DNA of 64,000 bases from an uncultured Actinomycetota bacterium (GTDB lineage: Bacteria; Actinomycetota; Actinomycetes; JAHEKZ01), in the NCBI GenBank assembly GCA_963829525.1, contig CAWHIJ010000003.1:2877647-2941646 (forward strand), read 5' to 3'. The notes beneath the pieces are model-generated. The model did no database searches, was not told the origin of the DNA, and saw only the letters and a program-made list of their open reading frames with translations. The translations under genes and the position numbers were made by a program. Position 1 is the first letter of the stretch, and each line of letters starts with the position of its first letter. Shown here one piece after another: positions 1 through 9,906 of the stretch.

Positions 1-582
1 AAGAATCTGGCCGTGCAGGAAACCTGCGCGTACGACGTCAACGATGCGCCCGTCGATCGCGACTGACGTGTCGATGATCTTGGGGTAGGCAGCGGCAGCA
101 GACGATGGCGGAGCCATCCCGGCCTTGGCACCAAACATGCCGATCATCGAGTCGCGCTTGGCTGCCCCCACCCGGAAGCCCATTAGCCCGAGCACGAAGA
201 CGACGAAGGCAAAGATCGGGATCGACAGTGCCGGGGTGTCGATGAAGAAGATCGGCCAGGCAACGGCAACGCCGACGAAGATCCCGACCAGGCCGCCAAA
301 CACGCCGCCGACAATCGTTTCCGCCGAGACCGAGCGAAGGCGCTCCTCGGTGCGGTCGACAGCCGCGACGGTGCTGCGCCCGATGGTGCCGCCGATGGCG
401 TAGCCGATGAACGAGCCGAGGACGACCCCGAGCAGTACACCGTCGACGCCGGCGAACGCGGTCCCCTCAAGGTCCCACTGCGACCCGAGCAGCGACCCGA
501 GGCCGGCAAAGAAGACCACGACGAACAGACGTAGGAGCTCGACAACGCCGCTGGGAACGCGCGCGAGCCGGGGGCGTTTCAT
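1..582 (-). CDS. PIN/TRAM-domain membrane protein (YacL-like), runs off window start
   Basis: Not in ORF track. Read manually from ATG at 582 (AAGGAG RBS upstream): about four TM helices, then KIIDTSVAIDGRIVDVVRAGFLHG, the start of a YacL-type PIN domain. Directly downstream of carD. Confidence 0.8.
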   Translation of the reverse strand, partial: MKRPRLARVPSGVVELLRLFVVVFFAGLGSLLGSQWDLEGTAFAGVDGVLLGVVLGSFIGYAIGGTIGRSTVAAVDRTEERLRSVSAETIVGGVFGGLVGIFVGVAVAWPIFFIDTPALSIPIFAFVVFVLGLMGFRVGAAKRDSMIGMFGAKAGMAPPSSAAAAYPKIIDTSVAIDGRIVDVVRAGFLHGQIL

Positions 583-643
583 GCGCTGCTGCTCCTTGGG
601 CGGCCGTTGGGTGCCGAGCACCCTCGCCGAGCCGCCCGACCCG

Positions 644-1126
644 CTAGCTGGCCAGCACCTCGTCGAGGATGGCCTCGGCCTTGTCCTCATTGGTGTTCTC
701 GGCAAGTGCGAGCTCGGACACAAGGATTTGGCGGGCCTTTGCCAGCATTCGCTTCTCGCCGGCCGACAGGCCGCGGTCCTGCTCACGGCGGAAGAGGTCT
801 CGGACGACCTCGGCGACCTTGATGACGTCGCCCGATGCGAGCTTTTCGAGATTGGCCTTGTAGCGGCGCGACCAGTTCGTCGGCTCTTCGGTGTAGGGCA
901 TCCGCAGAACGGTGAAGACCCGCTGCAGTCCAGCGGCGTCGACGACGTCACGGACGCCGACGTACTCGGCATTGTCAGCGGGAACCCGTACGGTGAGGTC
1001 TCCTTGGGCCACCTTGAGGACCAAGTAGAGCCGCTCTTGCCCCTTGACGGTCCGGGTCTCCACGGCCTCGATCTTCGCAGCACCATGGTGGGGATAGACG
1101 ACCGTCTCGCCGACTTCGAACGTCAT
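644..1126 (-). CDS. carD: CarD family RNA polymerase-binding regulator
   Basis: [21 protein letters not shown]...[21 protein letters not shown], the typical actinobacterial CarD sequence. Confidence 0.97.
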   Translation of the reverse strand: MTFEVGETVVYPHHGAAKIEAVETRTVKGQERLYLVLKVAQGDLTVRVPADNAEYVGVRDVVDAAGLQRVFTVLRMPYTEEPTNWSRRYKANLEKLASGDVIKVAEVVRDLFRREQDRGLSAGEKRMLAKARQILVSELALAENTNEDKAEAILDEVLAS

Positions 1127-1451
1127 GTAGTGGTGTCCCCTCGTTGCGTCTAGGACTCAAGCAAGCCGACCTCAAGAGCCGGCTCGTAGTCTTCGGGTCG
1201 TCGGCCCGTTACGTAGGAAGACCCACGCGGATGTGCCGTCTGGAGTTGTGCGGAGTCACTAGTCTAACACGACTCCCAGAGACTCGGACGGGCGTTTCCG
1301 CAGGTCAGAGGGCGTTCGCGATGGGAAGAACCCACCTTCTAGGGGTTGACAGAACGGGTGTCCCCGTGGCACGCGCGCGCCCCTGGGCCAGTTCTGGGCA
1401 GGTCACCGACGTCCATTGGCGCTGGTCGAGAGCGGCGAGGATACTGCCCCT

Positions 1452-2219
1452 ATGAGCGGCTCGCGCGATACCGGGCCGGGCCCGGACGGTCGTCATGACG
1501 ACCTGCCGCCCGAGGACTTGGCCGGACTTACGCTGCACGCTCCGGACGACCCTCGCGACCTCGACGCCGACCGAGCTGCCTGGCTCACCGAGAAGGTGAG
1601 CGGCACCGCCTCCCCCGCGTCTGACACGTGGGCACAGCGGCGCGATGCCAGGCGCCGCAGGCTGTCCGTGACCGCTGGAGTGCTGGTGATCTCGCTGCTC
1701 ATCGTGGCGGTATCCAGCGCAGTCGGTGCGTGGATCGTCGGACCGCAGGCTTCTGCGCCACCGGCCGCTCCCCTGGCCAGCGCCGTCCCCGAGCCTGGCC
1801 AGATCGGGGGCCTCCTGCCCGAGGAGGCGGTCCTGCAGGACGGTGCGACTCCCATCTCCGCACGTTCGCTGCGTCCAGCGGTGATAGCTCTGATCCCCGA
1901 GCCCTGCGACGAGTGCCAGCAGCTCTTGGCCACCATCGCAGATCAGGCGGGATCGTTCGGCGTCTCGACAGTGGTCGTCGGGGGTTCGGACCAAGCCGAT
2001 CAGGTCACTGCCTTGTCCGAGGCGGTGGGTCCCATGCAGCTGAACGCGATGACCGACCCGGCGAACACACTTCGGGCGACCTACGGGCTCACCGGCATCA
2101 CGCTTCTTCTGGTCCGCGATGACGGAGTCGTCGTTGACGTCGTGCGCGACCCGACCCCGCAAACGCATCTGGAGGGAGGGCTGGTCGAGCTTGCGCCAGC
2201 CAGGACCAGCCAAACCTGA
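1452..2219 (+). CDS. Membrane-anchored protein with thioredoxin-like CxxC domain
   Basis: One TM helix after an Arg cluster; PCDEC motif; DPANTLRATYG...LLLVRDDGVV resembles a redoxin C-terminus; probably leaderless (GATACT just upstream). Confidence 0.6.
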   Translation: MSGSRDTGPGPDGRHDDLPPEDLAGLTLHAPDDPRDLDADRAAWLTEKVSGTASPASDTWAQRRDARRRRLSVTAGVLVISLLIVAVSSAVGAWIVGPQASAPPAAPLASAVPEPGQIGGLLPEEAVLQDGATPISARSLRPAVIALIPEPCDECQQLLATIADQAGSFGVSTVVVGGSDQADQVTALSEAVGPMQLNAMTDPANTLRATYGLTGITLLLVRDDGVVVDVVRDPTPQTHLEGGLVELAPARTSQT

Positions 2220-2268
2220 GGGCCGGGTTGCTCATCGGCGCCACAGGGCAGTGGCTACGCTGTCGGCC

Positions 2269-2787
2269 ATGACGCGCTCGCCCAGCCTTCCGGCTTCTGC
2301 CCTGCGACTGCCTATCGCCATCGCAGCCTCCGCCCTGCTCGTCCTCAGTGGTTGCGCCACGGGCCAGTCCGCTCAGACGAGCCAGCCGTACAACCCGTCC
2401 GACGGCCGCAACGCCAATATTCCAGAAAACGCCGGGTTCGATGACCCCTACCTGGCGGTGCGCAATGCGCTCGTCGTCAGCGACGGAGGCGCTGCTTCGA
2501 TCACCGTCACGCTCGTTAACAACGCCGCCGACACTGACGTCCTGACGGAGGCAAAGATCGGTGACCAGACAGCGGTGTTCGTCGGGGGTCCCGTCGAGAT
2601 CGCCCCTGATGAGAAGGTCGCGATTGGCGGTGGCTCCGAGCGAGTCGCTCTCGTTGCAGACGGTGGCGTCCAACCTGGTGACTGGACCGACTTGACGCTC
2701 ACATTCACCAGGGCTGGCACCACCACACTGAGCGTTCTGGTGGTCGCGTCCGACGACGAGTACGCCGCCCTCGGCGGGGACGCCTAA
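2269..2787 (+). CDS. Lipoprotein, LpqE/PCu(A)C-like
   Basis: Lipobox LSGC; QTSQPYNPSDG and LTLTFTRAG motifs typical of the lipoprotein found next to carD; TACGCT -10 just before ATG. Confidence 0.7.
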   Translation: MTRSPSLPASALRLPIAIAASALLVLSGCATGQSAQTSQPYNPSDGRNANIPENAGFDDPYLAVRNALVVSDGGAASITVTLVNNAADTDVLTEAKIGDQTAVFVGGPVEIAPDEKVAIGGGSERVALVADGGVQPGDWTDLTLTFTRAGTTTLSVLVVASDDEYAALGGDA

Positions 2788-2819
2788 CCCTCGCGGCAAG
2801 GCCTTCCCGCGAGGGTTAG
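2784..2819. terminator. Hairpin between convergent genes
   Basis: CTAACCCTCGCGG...CCGCGAGGGTTAG inverted repeat. Confidence 0.7.
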
Positions 2820-2821
2820 CT

Positions 2822-3502
2822 TCAGCCTTCGAACTTGTAGCCCAGACCCCGCAGCGTCACGATGTGGCGCGGGTTGGTCGGGTCTTCCTCGATCTTGGCG
2901 CGCAGCCGCTTGACGTGGACGTCGAGTGTCTTGGTGTCGCCGACGTAGTCCGAGCCCCAGACGCGATCGATCAGCTGCATCCTGGTGAGAACGCGTCCGG
3001 CATTGCGCAGCAACATCTCGAGCAGCTCGAACTCCTTGAGCGGCAGTTTCAACGTCTCCCCGCGAACGGTGACAACGTGACGTTCGATATCCATCCGAAC
3101 CGGTCCTCCCTCGAGCACCGGAGGCAGGAGCTCTTCGACGTCGCCACCACGCCGCAGTACTGCGCGGATCCTGGCCACCAGCTCTCGGGAGGAGAACGGT
3201 TTGGTGACGTAGTCGTCGGCGCCGAGCTCTAGACCGACGACCTTGTCGATCTCGCTGTCCTTGGCGGTCAGCATGATGACCGGGACATTCGAGCGCTGCC
3301 TGATCGTCCGGCACACCTCAGTTCCCGGGACCCCAGGAATCATCAGGTCCAGCAGCACCAAGTCGGCGCCGTTGCGCTCGAAGTCGCTGAGCGCGTCATT
3401 GCCGTTCGTGGCGACCGCAACGTCGTAGCCCTCCTTTCGCAACATGTAGGACAGGGCGTCGCTGAACGACTCCTCGTCCTCGACGACCAGCACTCGCGTC
3501 AC
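2822..3502 (-). CDS. regX3: OmpR-family response regulator RegX3/PhoP
   Basis: MTRVLVVEDEESFSDALSYMLRKEG...GDTKTLDVHVKRLRAKIE; adjacent to senX3 and phoU. Confidence 0.95.
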   Translation of the reverse strand: MTRVLVVEDEESFSDALSYMLRKEGYDVAVATNGNDALSDFERNGADLVLLDLMIPGVPGTEVCRTIRQRSNVPVIMLTAKDSEIDKVVGLELGADDYVTKPFSSRELVARIRAVLRRGGDVEELLPPVLEGGPVRMDIERHVVTVRGETLKLPLKEFELLEMLLRNAGRVLTRMQLIDRVWGSDYVGDTKTLDVHVKRLRAKIEEDPTNPRHIVTLRGLGYKFEG

Positions 3503-4602
3503 GGGCTCTCCTCATCTTCGGTGTCGTCGGGTGGGGTTCGGCTGCGCCCTAGGCCGCGCCAGTCACCGCGGTGCGCCGGGAAGCGCAGCGTGAAGGTAGA
3601 ACCTGCGCCCTCAGAGCTCCACACACCGACTTCGCCGCCGTGGTTGACAGCGACATGCTTGACGATCGACAGACCCAGCCCGGTACCACCAGTGATCCTC
3701 GAGCGAGCCGGGTCGACACGGTAGAAGCGCTCAAAGATGCGCTCGAGGTCGCGTTCGGGGATTCCGATGCCTTGGTCGGCGACGCTGATTTCGACGACGT
3801 CGTCGGCAAGGTGGACACCGACGGTGATCCGGGTGTGGTCGGGGCTGTAGTTGATGGCGTTGGCCAGCAGGTTGCGAAGGGCGGCCGCAATCTGATCTTC
3901 GTCGCCGAGAACGGACAGACCATGCTGGCCACGCACCTCGAGGCGGATCTCCCGGGCTTCGGCCTCAAGGTGGGTGCTGTCGATGGCTTCGGCAACCACG
4001 TCGTCGACAGAGATGATGCGGGCCTCGCGCAGGGGGTCGTTGCTCTGCAACCGCGAGAGCGAGATGAGGTCTTGCACCATCAGCGTCAGCCGATTCGACT
4101 CGTGCTGCATCCGAAGCGCGAAGCGGCGTACCGATTCAGGATCGTCGGCCGACCCCGAGACCGCCTCGGAAAGGAGGGACAGCGCGCCCACCGGGGTCTT
4201 GAGCTCGTGGCTGACGTTGGCCACGAAGTCGCGGCGCACCGCGTCCAGCCGGCGCACCGCGGTCTGGTCCTCCGCGAGCAGCAGCACGTGTTCGCCGAGC
4301 GGTGCGAGGCGAACGTCGAGCACCAGCAGCTCGGTCCCGCGGTGCCCACGCGGCACCTCGACCTCGAGATCGCGCACCTCGCCGTCCCGACGCACCTGCC
4401 GCGCCAGCAGCACGAGCATGTCAACGCGAAGCCGGCTTCCTCGGATCAGGCCGTACGGCAGGGCCGACGGGCTCGAGCGGACGACTCGATCACGGGCGTC
4501 GAGCACCACCCATGCCGACCGCAGGGCCGAGAGCACCGCCTCCGCCCCGGGGGGCAGGGCAGTCGATCCGGCATCACGAGACGTTGGCACGGGTTCGGAC
4601 AC
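3499..4602 (-). CDS. senX3: Sensor histidine kinase SenX3/PhoR
   Basis: H-box RRDFVANVSHELKTPVGAL; N, G1, F and G2 boxes (ERFYRVDPARSRITGGTGLGLSIVKH). Confidence 0.93.
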   Translation of the reverse strand: MSEPVPTSRDAGSTALPPGAEAVLSALRSAWVVLDARDRVVRSSPSALPYGLIRGSRLRVDMLVLLARQVRRDGEVRDLEVEVPRGHRGTELLVLDVRLAPLGEHVLLLAEDQTAVRRLDAVRRDFVANVSHELKTPVGALSLLSEAVSGSADDPESVRRFALRMQHESNRLTLMVQDLISLSRLQSNDPLREARIISVDDVVAEAIDSTHLEAEAREIRLEVRGQHGLSVLGDEDQIAAALRNLLANAINYSPDHTRITVGVHLADDVVEISVADQGIGIPERDLERIFERFYRVDPARSRITGGTGLGLSIVKHVAVNHGGEVGVWSSEGAGSTFTLRFPAHRGDWRGLGRSRTPPDDTEDEESP

Positions 4603-4673
4603 CCCTCAACAGTAGGACGCCGGACGCCCCTGTTCTCCTGTGCGGGGGCAGTTCTGCCTTCCGTTTCCGAGAT

Positions 4674-4723
4674 GTTCACCGCTTGGGCGCCGATGGTTTA
4701 CCGGGACCCACCTGCAGTTCACC
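4674..4723 (+). promoter_or_regulatory. PHO-box-like direct repeats between senX3 and phoU
   Basis: GTTCACC (4674), GTTTACC (4696), GTTCACC (4717), spaced 21-22 bp; matches the Streptomyces PhoP GTTCACC unit. Confidence 0.7.
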
Positions 4724-4745
4724 CACGACCCCCTACGCTGTGGCC

Positions 4746-5405
4746 ATGCGCGAGCAGTATCACGAGCAACTGGCCGAGATCAGTGAACGCCTTGTCGAGA
4801 TGACCCAGATGGTGGGTGACGCCATGGGTCGATCGACCCGAGCGCTTCTCGAGGGCGACCTCCAGGCTGCAGAGTCGGTGATCGCCAGCGACATCGACAT
4901 CGACGAGCGCGCCGACGCTCTGGAAGAGCTGACCCTCGACGTCATCGCGCTTCAGGCGCCGGTAGCCGGCGAGCTCCGCGTCCTGGTCGGCGCGCTGCGC
5001 ATCAGCACGACGCTCGAGCGGATGGGCGACCTCGCTGAGCACATCGCCAGGAGCGCCCGCCGCCGCTACCCAGACCTGGCGGTACCGGAAGAACTTCACG
5101 AGACCATTCGCGAGATGGGCGATCTCGCCGTCCGCTTGGTCTACGAGACCGGCGAGATCATCAAGACCGTCGACGTCGCCCATGCACTTCGCCTGGAGGT
5201 CGAGGACGACCGAATGGACGAGCTGCACCGGCAGATGTTTATGAAGATCCTTGCTCCAGAGTGGTCGCACGGCGTCGAGAGCGCCATCGACGCAACCCTC
5301 ATCAGCCGCTTCTACGAGCGATTCGCCGACCACTCAGTCTCGGTGGCGCGTCGAGTGGTGCATCAGGCCACCGGGATGCGCCCGCAGACCATGGAGCACG
5401 ACTAG
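4746..5405 (+). CDS. phoU: Phosphate signalling protein PhoU
   Basis: MREQYHEQLAE...LERMGDLAEHIA...RFYERFADHSVSVARRV; leaderless start after TACGCT. Confidence 0.95.
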   Translation: MREQYHEQLAEISERLVEMTQMVGDAMGRSTRALLEGDLQAAESVIASDIDIDERADALEELTLDVIALQAPVAGELRVLVGALRISTTLERMGDLAEHIARSARRRYPDLAVPEELHETIREMGDLAVRLVYETGEIIKTVDVAHALRLEVEDDRMDELHRQMFMKILAPEWSHGVESAIDATLISRFYERFADHSVSVARRVVHQATGMRPQTMEHD

Positions 5406-5431
5406 CACCGACGCGTGTGCGTTCGACGGCC

Positions 5432-5518
5432 ACGCGGTCCTGGCGTTGACGTTGCAGATGTGACGCGGTCCCGACGTTGACGCTGCTGATGTGACGCGGT
5501 CCTGACGTTGACGCTGCT
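5432..5518. repeat. 31-bp tandem repeat x~3
   Basis: ACGCGGTCC(T/C)G(G/A)CGTTGACG(T/C)TGC(A/T)GATGTG at 5432, 5463 and 5494. Confidence 0.9.
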
Positions 5519-5554
5519 GGCGAGACCGAAAAGAAGCGACACCCCGCGCACGCA

Positions 5555-5630
5555 CTCGACCCGCTGGGGCGTCAAGCTGAGATGTCTCGACCCGCTGGGG
5601 AGTCAAACTGCGATGTCTCGACGCGCTGGG
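5555..5630. repeat. 31-bp tandem repeat x~2.5
   Basis: CTCGACCCGCTGGGG(C/A)GTCAA(G/A)CTG(A/C)GATGT at 5555, 5586 and 5617 (partial). Confidence 0.9.
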
Positions 5631-5632
5631 CA

Positions 5633-6376
5633 CTAGTGCCCCTGGCTGGCCACCGCGGTGATGGCAGCCTTGGCAGCCTCGGGGTCGAGATACTCCCCGC
5701 CGCGTGTCGTGGGGCGGAGCGCGGCATCGAGGTCGTAGCGCAGCGGGATCCCGGTGGGGATGTTGAGCCCGGCGATCGCGCCATCGGAGATCTGGTCGAG
5801 GTGTTTGACCAAGGCGCGCAATGAGTTTCCGTGGGCGGTGACCAGCACCGTCAGTCCTGCCTGCAGGTCGGGAACGATCGCGTCGTACCAGTACGGCAGC
5901 ATCCGCTCGAGGACGTCTTTGAGGCACTCCGACCGGGGTAGCAGCTCGGGCGGCAAACCCGCGTACCGCGGGTCTCCCACCTGAGAGAACTCGTCGTCAT
6001 CTGGGAGCGGCGGCGGCGGGGTGTCGTACGAACGCCGCCAGAGCATGAACTGATCCTCGCCGAACTCCGCGCGCGTCTGCTTCTTGTCTTTGCCCTGCAG
6101 CGCGCCGTAGTGACGCTCGTTGAGCCGCCATGACCTCCGCACCGGCAGCCACTGTCGGTCGCACGCCTCAAGGGCAAGCTCAGCCGTGCGGATCGCACGG
6201 CGCTGCACCGACGTGTGCAGCACATCCGGCAAGACGTCCGCGTCCCGCAGCAGGTGCCCACCACGCACGGCCTCTGCTATGCCGACTTCGGTGAGCCCAA
6301 CGTCCACCCATCCGGTGAACAGGTTCTTGGCGTTCCACTCACTTTGACCGTGGCGTAGCAGCACGAGCGTCGACAT
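5633..6376 (-). CDS. gpmA: 2,3-BPG-dependent phosphoglycerate mutase
   Basis: [20 protein letters not shown]; [11 protein letters not shown]; [11 protein letters not shown]. Confidence 0.97.
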   Translation of the reverse strand: MSTLVLLRHGQSEWNAKNLFTGWVDVGLTEVGIAEAVRGGHLLRDADVLPDVLHTSVQRRAIRTAELALEACDRQWLPVRRSWRLNERHYGALQGKDKKQTRAEFGEDQFMLWRRSYDTPPPPLPDDDEFSQVGDPRYAGLPPELLPRSECLKDVLERMLPYWYDAIVPDLQAGLTVLVTAHGNSLRALVKHLDQISDGAIAGLNIPTGIPLRYDLDAALRPTTRGGEYLDPEAAKAAITAVASQGH

Positions 6377-6444
6377 ATTGCGAGCGTACCGGGACGGGAC
6401 CAAGGCCCATTCGCCCCTCCCGCTGCGCGGACTACGGTGAAGCC

Positions 6445-6825
6445 ATGACGCACACCGACACGCACGCACCCTCGTACGGCAAAGGCGTTCAGGCCGAGCT
6501 ACGTGACCCGGCTCTGGCACTCCGCAAGGCGATCCCTGAGGTGTACGAAGGGTTCAACACGCTGCATTCCGCCGCGTACGCCGACGGAGCCTTGGACCGC
6601 AAGACCAAGGAGCTGATCGCACTAGCCATCGCCACCAGCGAGCAATGCGACGGATGTATCGCCTCACACACGCGTGGTGCTGCAAAGGCTGGTGCGACCG
6701 AGGCCGAGGTGGCCGAGACCCTCGGAGTCTGCATCCAGATGATGGGCGGGCCAGGCACCGTGTACGCCCCCCGGGCGTTCGCCGCGTTCCGTGAGTTCGC
6801 TGAGACCTACGCCGCCCGAGACTGA
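6445..6825 (+). CDS. Carboxymuconolactone decarboxylase / AhpD-family protein
   Basis: [16 protein letters not shown]...CDGCIASH...GATEAEVAE. Confidence 0.9.
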   Translation: MTHTDTHAPSYGKGVQAELRDPALALRKAIPEVYEGFNTLHSAAYADGALDRKTKELIALAIATSEQCDGCIASHTRGAAKAGATEAEVAETLGVCIQMMGGPGTVYAPRAFAAFREFAETYAARD

Positions 6826-6846
6826 ACGCCCACCCGCAACCCCGTA

Positions 6847-7061
6847 GCCGTCACGCCTTCACGGAAGCCGTCGAGCCGTCACGGGGGCGCTGCCACGGAA
6901 GCCGTCACGGGGCGCCGTCACGGAAGCCGTCAAGCCGTCACGGGGGCGCCGTCACGGGAGCCGTCACGGAAGCCGTCAAGCCGTCACGGGGGCGCCGCCA
7001 CGGAAGCCGTCACGGAAGCGCTGCCACGGAAGCCGTCACGGAAGCCGTCAAGCCGTCACGG
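6847..7061. repeat. Compound minisatellite with GCCGTCA core (~19 units)
   Basis: Mixed units GCCGTCACGGAA / GCCGTCAA / GCCGTCACGGGGGC in intergenic DNA. Confidence 0.92.
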
Positions 7062-7065
7062 TGAC

Positions 7066-7165
7066 ACCGCCGCCGCCACCGCCACCCCGACACCGCTGCC
7101 GCCACCCCGCTGCCGCCACCCCGCTGCCGCTGCCGCCACCCCGCTGCCGCCACCCCGCTGCCGCG
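7066..7165. repeat. C-rich minisatellite CCGCTGCCGCCACC (~5 units)
   Basis: Direct reading of sequence. Confidence 0.88.
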
Positions 7166-7195
7166 GCTACCCCGAAGGTGCGCGCGTCTAGGCGT

Positions 7196-7243
7196 GGTTG
7201 CGGAGCGTAATCCGCGCTGAGCGCGGTTTTTGTTCCGCAGTTG
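7196..7243. repeat. REP-like 48-bp palindromic element, copy A
   Basis: GGTTGCGGAGCGTAATCCGCGCTGAGCGCGGTTTTTGTTCCGCAGTTG; 43/48 identical to the reverse complement of the copy at 40681. Confidence 0.88.
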
Positions 7244-7289
7244 GCGGTATCTCGGTCCCCGAAGGGTCAAACCCAGACGCACCCACCCG

Positions 7290-7805
7290 CTACCCCGAAC
7301 CGTCAAACCCGTCAGAAGGCTTCCGTCCGTCGTCGATGAGATGCGTGAATGCCTGCAGGTTCGCCAGCGACTCGCCACGTGAGACGCGCCAAGCCCACTC
7401 GCGTCTGATGCTGGTGGCGAAACCGAGCTCGAGAAGGGAGTTGAACGAGGAGTCGGCGACGTCCAAGATGCGCCCGAGCAGCTGGTCTACCTCGGCAACC
7501 GACACTGCGGCTAATGGCAGCTGGCCAACGACGTAGACATCGCCGAGTGGATCGATGCCAAAGGCAACACCCGGGTGCTTGGCATTGTGCTGAAGCAACC
7601 ATCGATGGACGCCATCGGCGTTCTCGTCGGGGTGTCGTACGACAAACGCGTTAGCCGTCATGCTGTGTGGGCCGACGACCAGCAAGACCGTCGTGCGTAG
7701 CTTCTGCTCCCCCGGCAGCACGGCGACGAAGGTTCCCGGTGAAGACTCCTCGAAGGGGATGCCGAGTAGGCCCAATGCCTCTCGAACTGTCGCTGCCGCG
7801 TCCAC
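7290..7805 (-). CDS. YbjN-domain protein (Rv0487-like)
   Basis: LPGEQKLRTTV...AFVVRHPDEN...LELGFATSIRREWAWRVSRGESLANL; conserved position after mshA. Confidence 0.9.
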   Translation of the reverse strand: MDAAATVREALGLLGIPFEESSPGTFVAVLPGEQKLRTTVLLVVGPHSMTANAFVVRHPDENADGVHRWLLQHNAKHPGVAFGIDPLGDVYVVGQLPLAAVSVAEVDQLLGRILDVADSSFNSLLELGFATSIRREWAWRVSRGESLANLQAFTHLIDDGRKPSDGFDGSG

Positions 7806-7822
7806 GGCCGCATTCTTGCGCG

Positions 7823-9103
7823 TCAGGACGCCGCGCGCTGCCGCTGGTGTGATGAGAGGGCATCCTGGTAGACCTCGAGTGTGGCCTTGGCTGTGGCATC
7901 CCAGCCGAACTCAGCAGCGTGCCGGACAGCGCCAGCTGACAGCGCCAAGCGGCGCCGTGGCTCAGCGATCAGTTGCTGCAGCACGGCCGCGTAGCTCCTC
8001 GGATCGTGTCCGTCGATCAGGACACCTGAGACACCATCTGAGACTGCGGTGCGTAGACCACCAACGGAGGCGGCCACGACCGGCGTACCGACTGCCTGCG
8101 ACTCGATCGCCACCAAGCCGAAGGACTCGTTGTGGGATGGCACGACGGTGACGTCCGCAGCGCGGTACCAGTCGACGAGGTCAACCTGCGCCACTGGCGG
8201 GGCGAACCGAACGACGTCAGCGATGCCGAGCTGGTGGGCCAGCGCCTCGAGGTGATCGGGGTGCGCCAGCCCCGATCCGCTGGGACCCCCGACGACGGCC
8301 ACAACGAGCTCGTCACGCAGAGATGGCCGCTCGGCCAGTAGCTGAGCTGCGGCGCGCAGGAGGAGGTCTGGCGCCTTCAGTGGCTGGATCCGACCAACGA
8401 AGAGCAGAACCTGGGCCGAGGGAGCGAGCCCAAGACGGCGGCGTGCGGCACCGCCGTCCCCTGGCGTGAAGACGCTGAGGTCGACGCCCGGAGGGACGGT
8501 CGAAACCTGCGAGGGGTGCGCGTCGTAGAGGTCGAGCAGCTGAGACGCCTCCGCGCTGGTGTTTGCAAGCAGCCGGTCGGCGGCAGCAACCACCGACGAC
8601 TCACCGATCATGCGGCCGGAAGGCTCAGGAACATCGCCTTCTGCGAGGAGGGAGTTCTTCACTTTGGCCATCGTGTGCATGGAGTGGACGAGCGGCACCT
8701 GCCATCTGTCTTGAGCAAGCGCCCCGACCTGGCCAGAGAGCCAGTAGTGCGAGTGAACCAGGTCGAAGTGTCCGGGGTCGTGCTGTGCCTCGACCCGCAG
8801 GACGCCGGAGGCGAACGGACAGAGCAGGGCCGGTAGATCTTCCTTGGCCATCGGCTCGAACGGCCCGGCCGCGATGTGCCGCACCAGCACCCCGGGGGCC
8901 AGCTCTTCGGTAGCAGGCAGAGCGCCCGAGGTCGCACGGGTGAAGACCTCGACCTCGACGCCGAGACCAGCAAGGCGTTTGGCCGTTTCCACGATGTAGA
9001 CGTTCATGCCCCCGGCGTCGCCGGTACCGGGCTGGTCGAGGGGTGAGGTGTGTACCGAGAGCATGGCCACCCGCGAGGGCGCCAGACGCCGGAGCACGCT
9101 CAC
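7823..9103 (-). CDS. mshA: D-inositol-3-phosphate glycosyltransferase MshA (mycothiol synthesis)
   Basis: [21 protein letters not shown]; [11 protein letters not shown]; [10 protein letters not shown]; [12 protein letters not shown]; GTG start at 9103 with AAGGGA RBS. Confidence 0.96.
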   Translation of the reverse strand: MSVLRRLAPSRVAMLSVHTSPLDQPGTGDAGGMNVYIVETAKRLAGLGVEVEVFTRATSGALPATEELAPGVLVRHIAAGPFEPMAKEDLPALLCPFASGVLRVEAQHDPGHFDLVHSHYWLSGQVGALAQDRWQVPLVHSMHTMAKVKNSLLAEGDVPEPSGRMIGESSVVAAADRLLANTSAEASQLLDLYDAHPSQVSTVPPGVDLSVFTPGDGGAARRRLGLAPSAQVLLFVGRIQPLKAPDLLLRAAAQLLAERPSLRDELVVAVVGGPSGSGLAHPDHLEALAHQLGIADVVRFAPPVAQVDLVDWYRAADVTVVPSHNESFGLVAIESQAVGTPVVAASVGGLRTAVSDGVSGVLIDGHDPRSYAAVLQQLIAEPRRRLALSAGAVRHAAEFGWDATAKATLEVYQDALSSHQRQRAAS

Positions 9104-9187
9104 GGTGTCGTCCCTTCGTCGTCCGATGTGGGGGCGCCCTGTCTGGGACCGTCGCGCGGCCAGAGAGGGGAACAGCCCAAGGCTCAG

Positions 9188-9213
9188 AACCTCTCCTGAT
9201 CCTGCCGCATTCC
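9188..9213 (-). promoter_or_regulatory. Sigma-R/SigH-type (thiol stress) promoter of mshA
   Basis: Minus strand GGAAT-N18-GTT, the exact sigma-R consensus; mshA is a known sigma-R target in Streptomyces. Confidence 0.75.
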
Positions 9214-9351
9214 CGCACGTCGGGCCAACTGAGTGGACCGACTCACTTGCGAAAGGCCCACCGACCTCCAAGAAGGACACCTTCACGCGCTCTGGGCGAA
9301 CAAAGGCCGCCCTCAGCACCGGCCAGCCATCACGTGAGGCACCCTTGAGGG

Positions 9352-9906
9352 GTGGCCCTTCCCCAGCTGGACACCGAGCGCCTGACGCTGCGCGCCTGGG
9401 ATCCCGATGACCCCGCAGACGTTGCCGCGGCGTACGACATCTACCGTCGCGAGGAGGTCTCCCGCTGGCTGGGCGCTGATCCGGCCCCCTGGGCGAGCAA
9501 GCAGGCGGCTCACGACCGGTTGCTGCGCTGGCAGTCAGCGGGCTTCGACGCCCCCGGATACGGCATCTGGGCCATCGTGCCGACCGGTCAGCACGAGCCC
9601 ATCGGCTCTGCCCTACTCATGCATCTGCCCGACGCCGAGGGGACGCTGACCGAGGACGTCGAGATTGGCTGGCACCTCCACCCCGACCACTGGGGCCACG
9701 GATACGCCACCGAGGCGGCGGCGCGGTTGATGCGCCACGCGAACGAGACTCACGACATCACCGAGATCAATGCCCTCGCCTACCCCGGCAACGACGCGTC
9801 AGTGGCGGTGATGCGGCGCCTCGGGATGGTCCCCCGCGGAGAGACCGACGCCTGGTACGGCGTCCACCTGCAGTGGTGGTCCACCGCGACAGAGCCCAAC
9901 CCATGA
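9352..9906 (+). CDS. GNAT (RimJ/RimL) N-acetyltransferase
   Basis: [11 protein letters not shown]...[21 protein letters not shown]...[13 protein letters not shown]. Confidence 0.9.
   Translation: MALPQLDTERLTLRAWDPDDPADVAAAYDIYRREEVSRWLGADPAPWASKQAAHDRLLRWQSAGFDAPGYGIWAIVPTGQHEPIGSALLMHLPDAEGTLTEDVEIGWHLHPDHWGHGYATEAAARLMRHANETHDITEINALAYPGNDASVAVMRRLGMVPRGETDAWYGVHLQWWSTATEPNP

Noticed and set aside
1440-6445. TANNNT hexamers 6-7 nt before many start codons
   Set aside because: Ordinary actinobacterial leaderless transcription; used only to choose start codons.
6847-7165. Possible CRISPR array
   Set aside because: Units are contiguous 8-14-bp repeats with no unique spacers, and there are no cas genes. 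The same applies to the arrays at 5432, 40738 and 43659-43947.
9104-9350. Possible riboswitch (SAM-IV-like GCTGGCCGG) in the mshA leader
   Set aside because: Only a short match, lying upstream of the sigma-R promoter; the other conserved elements were not found.
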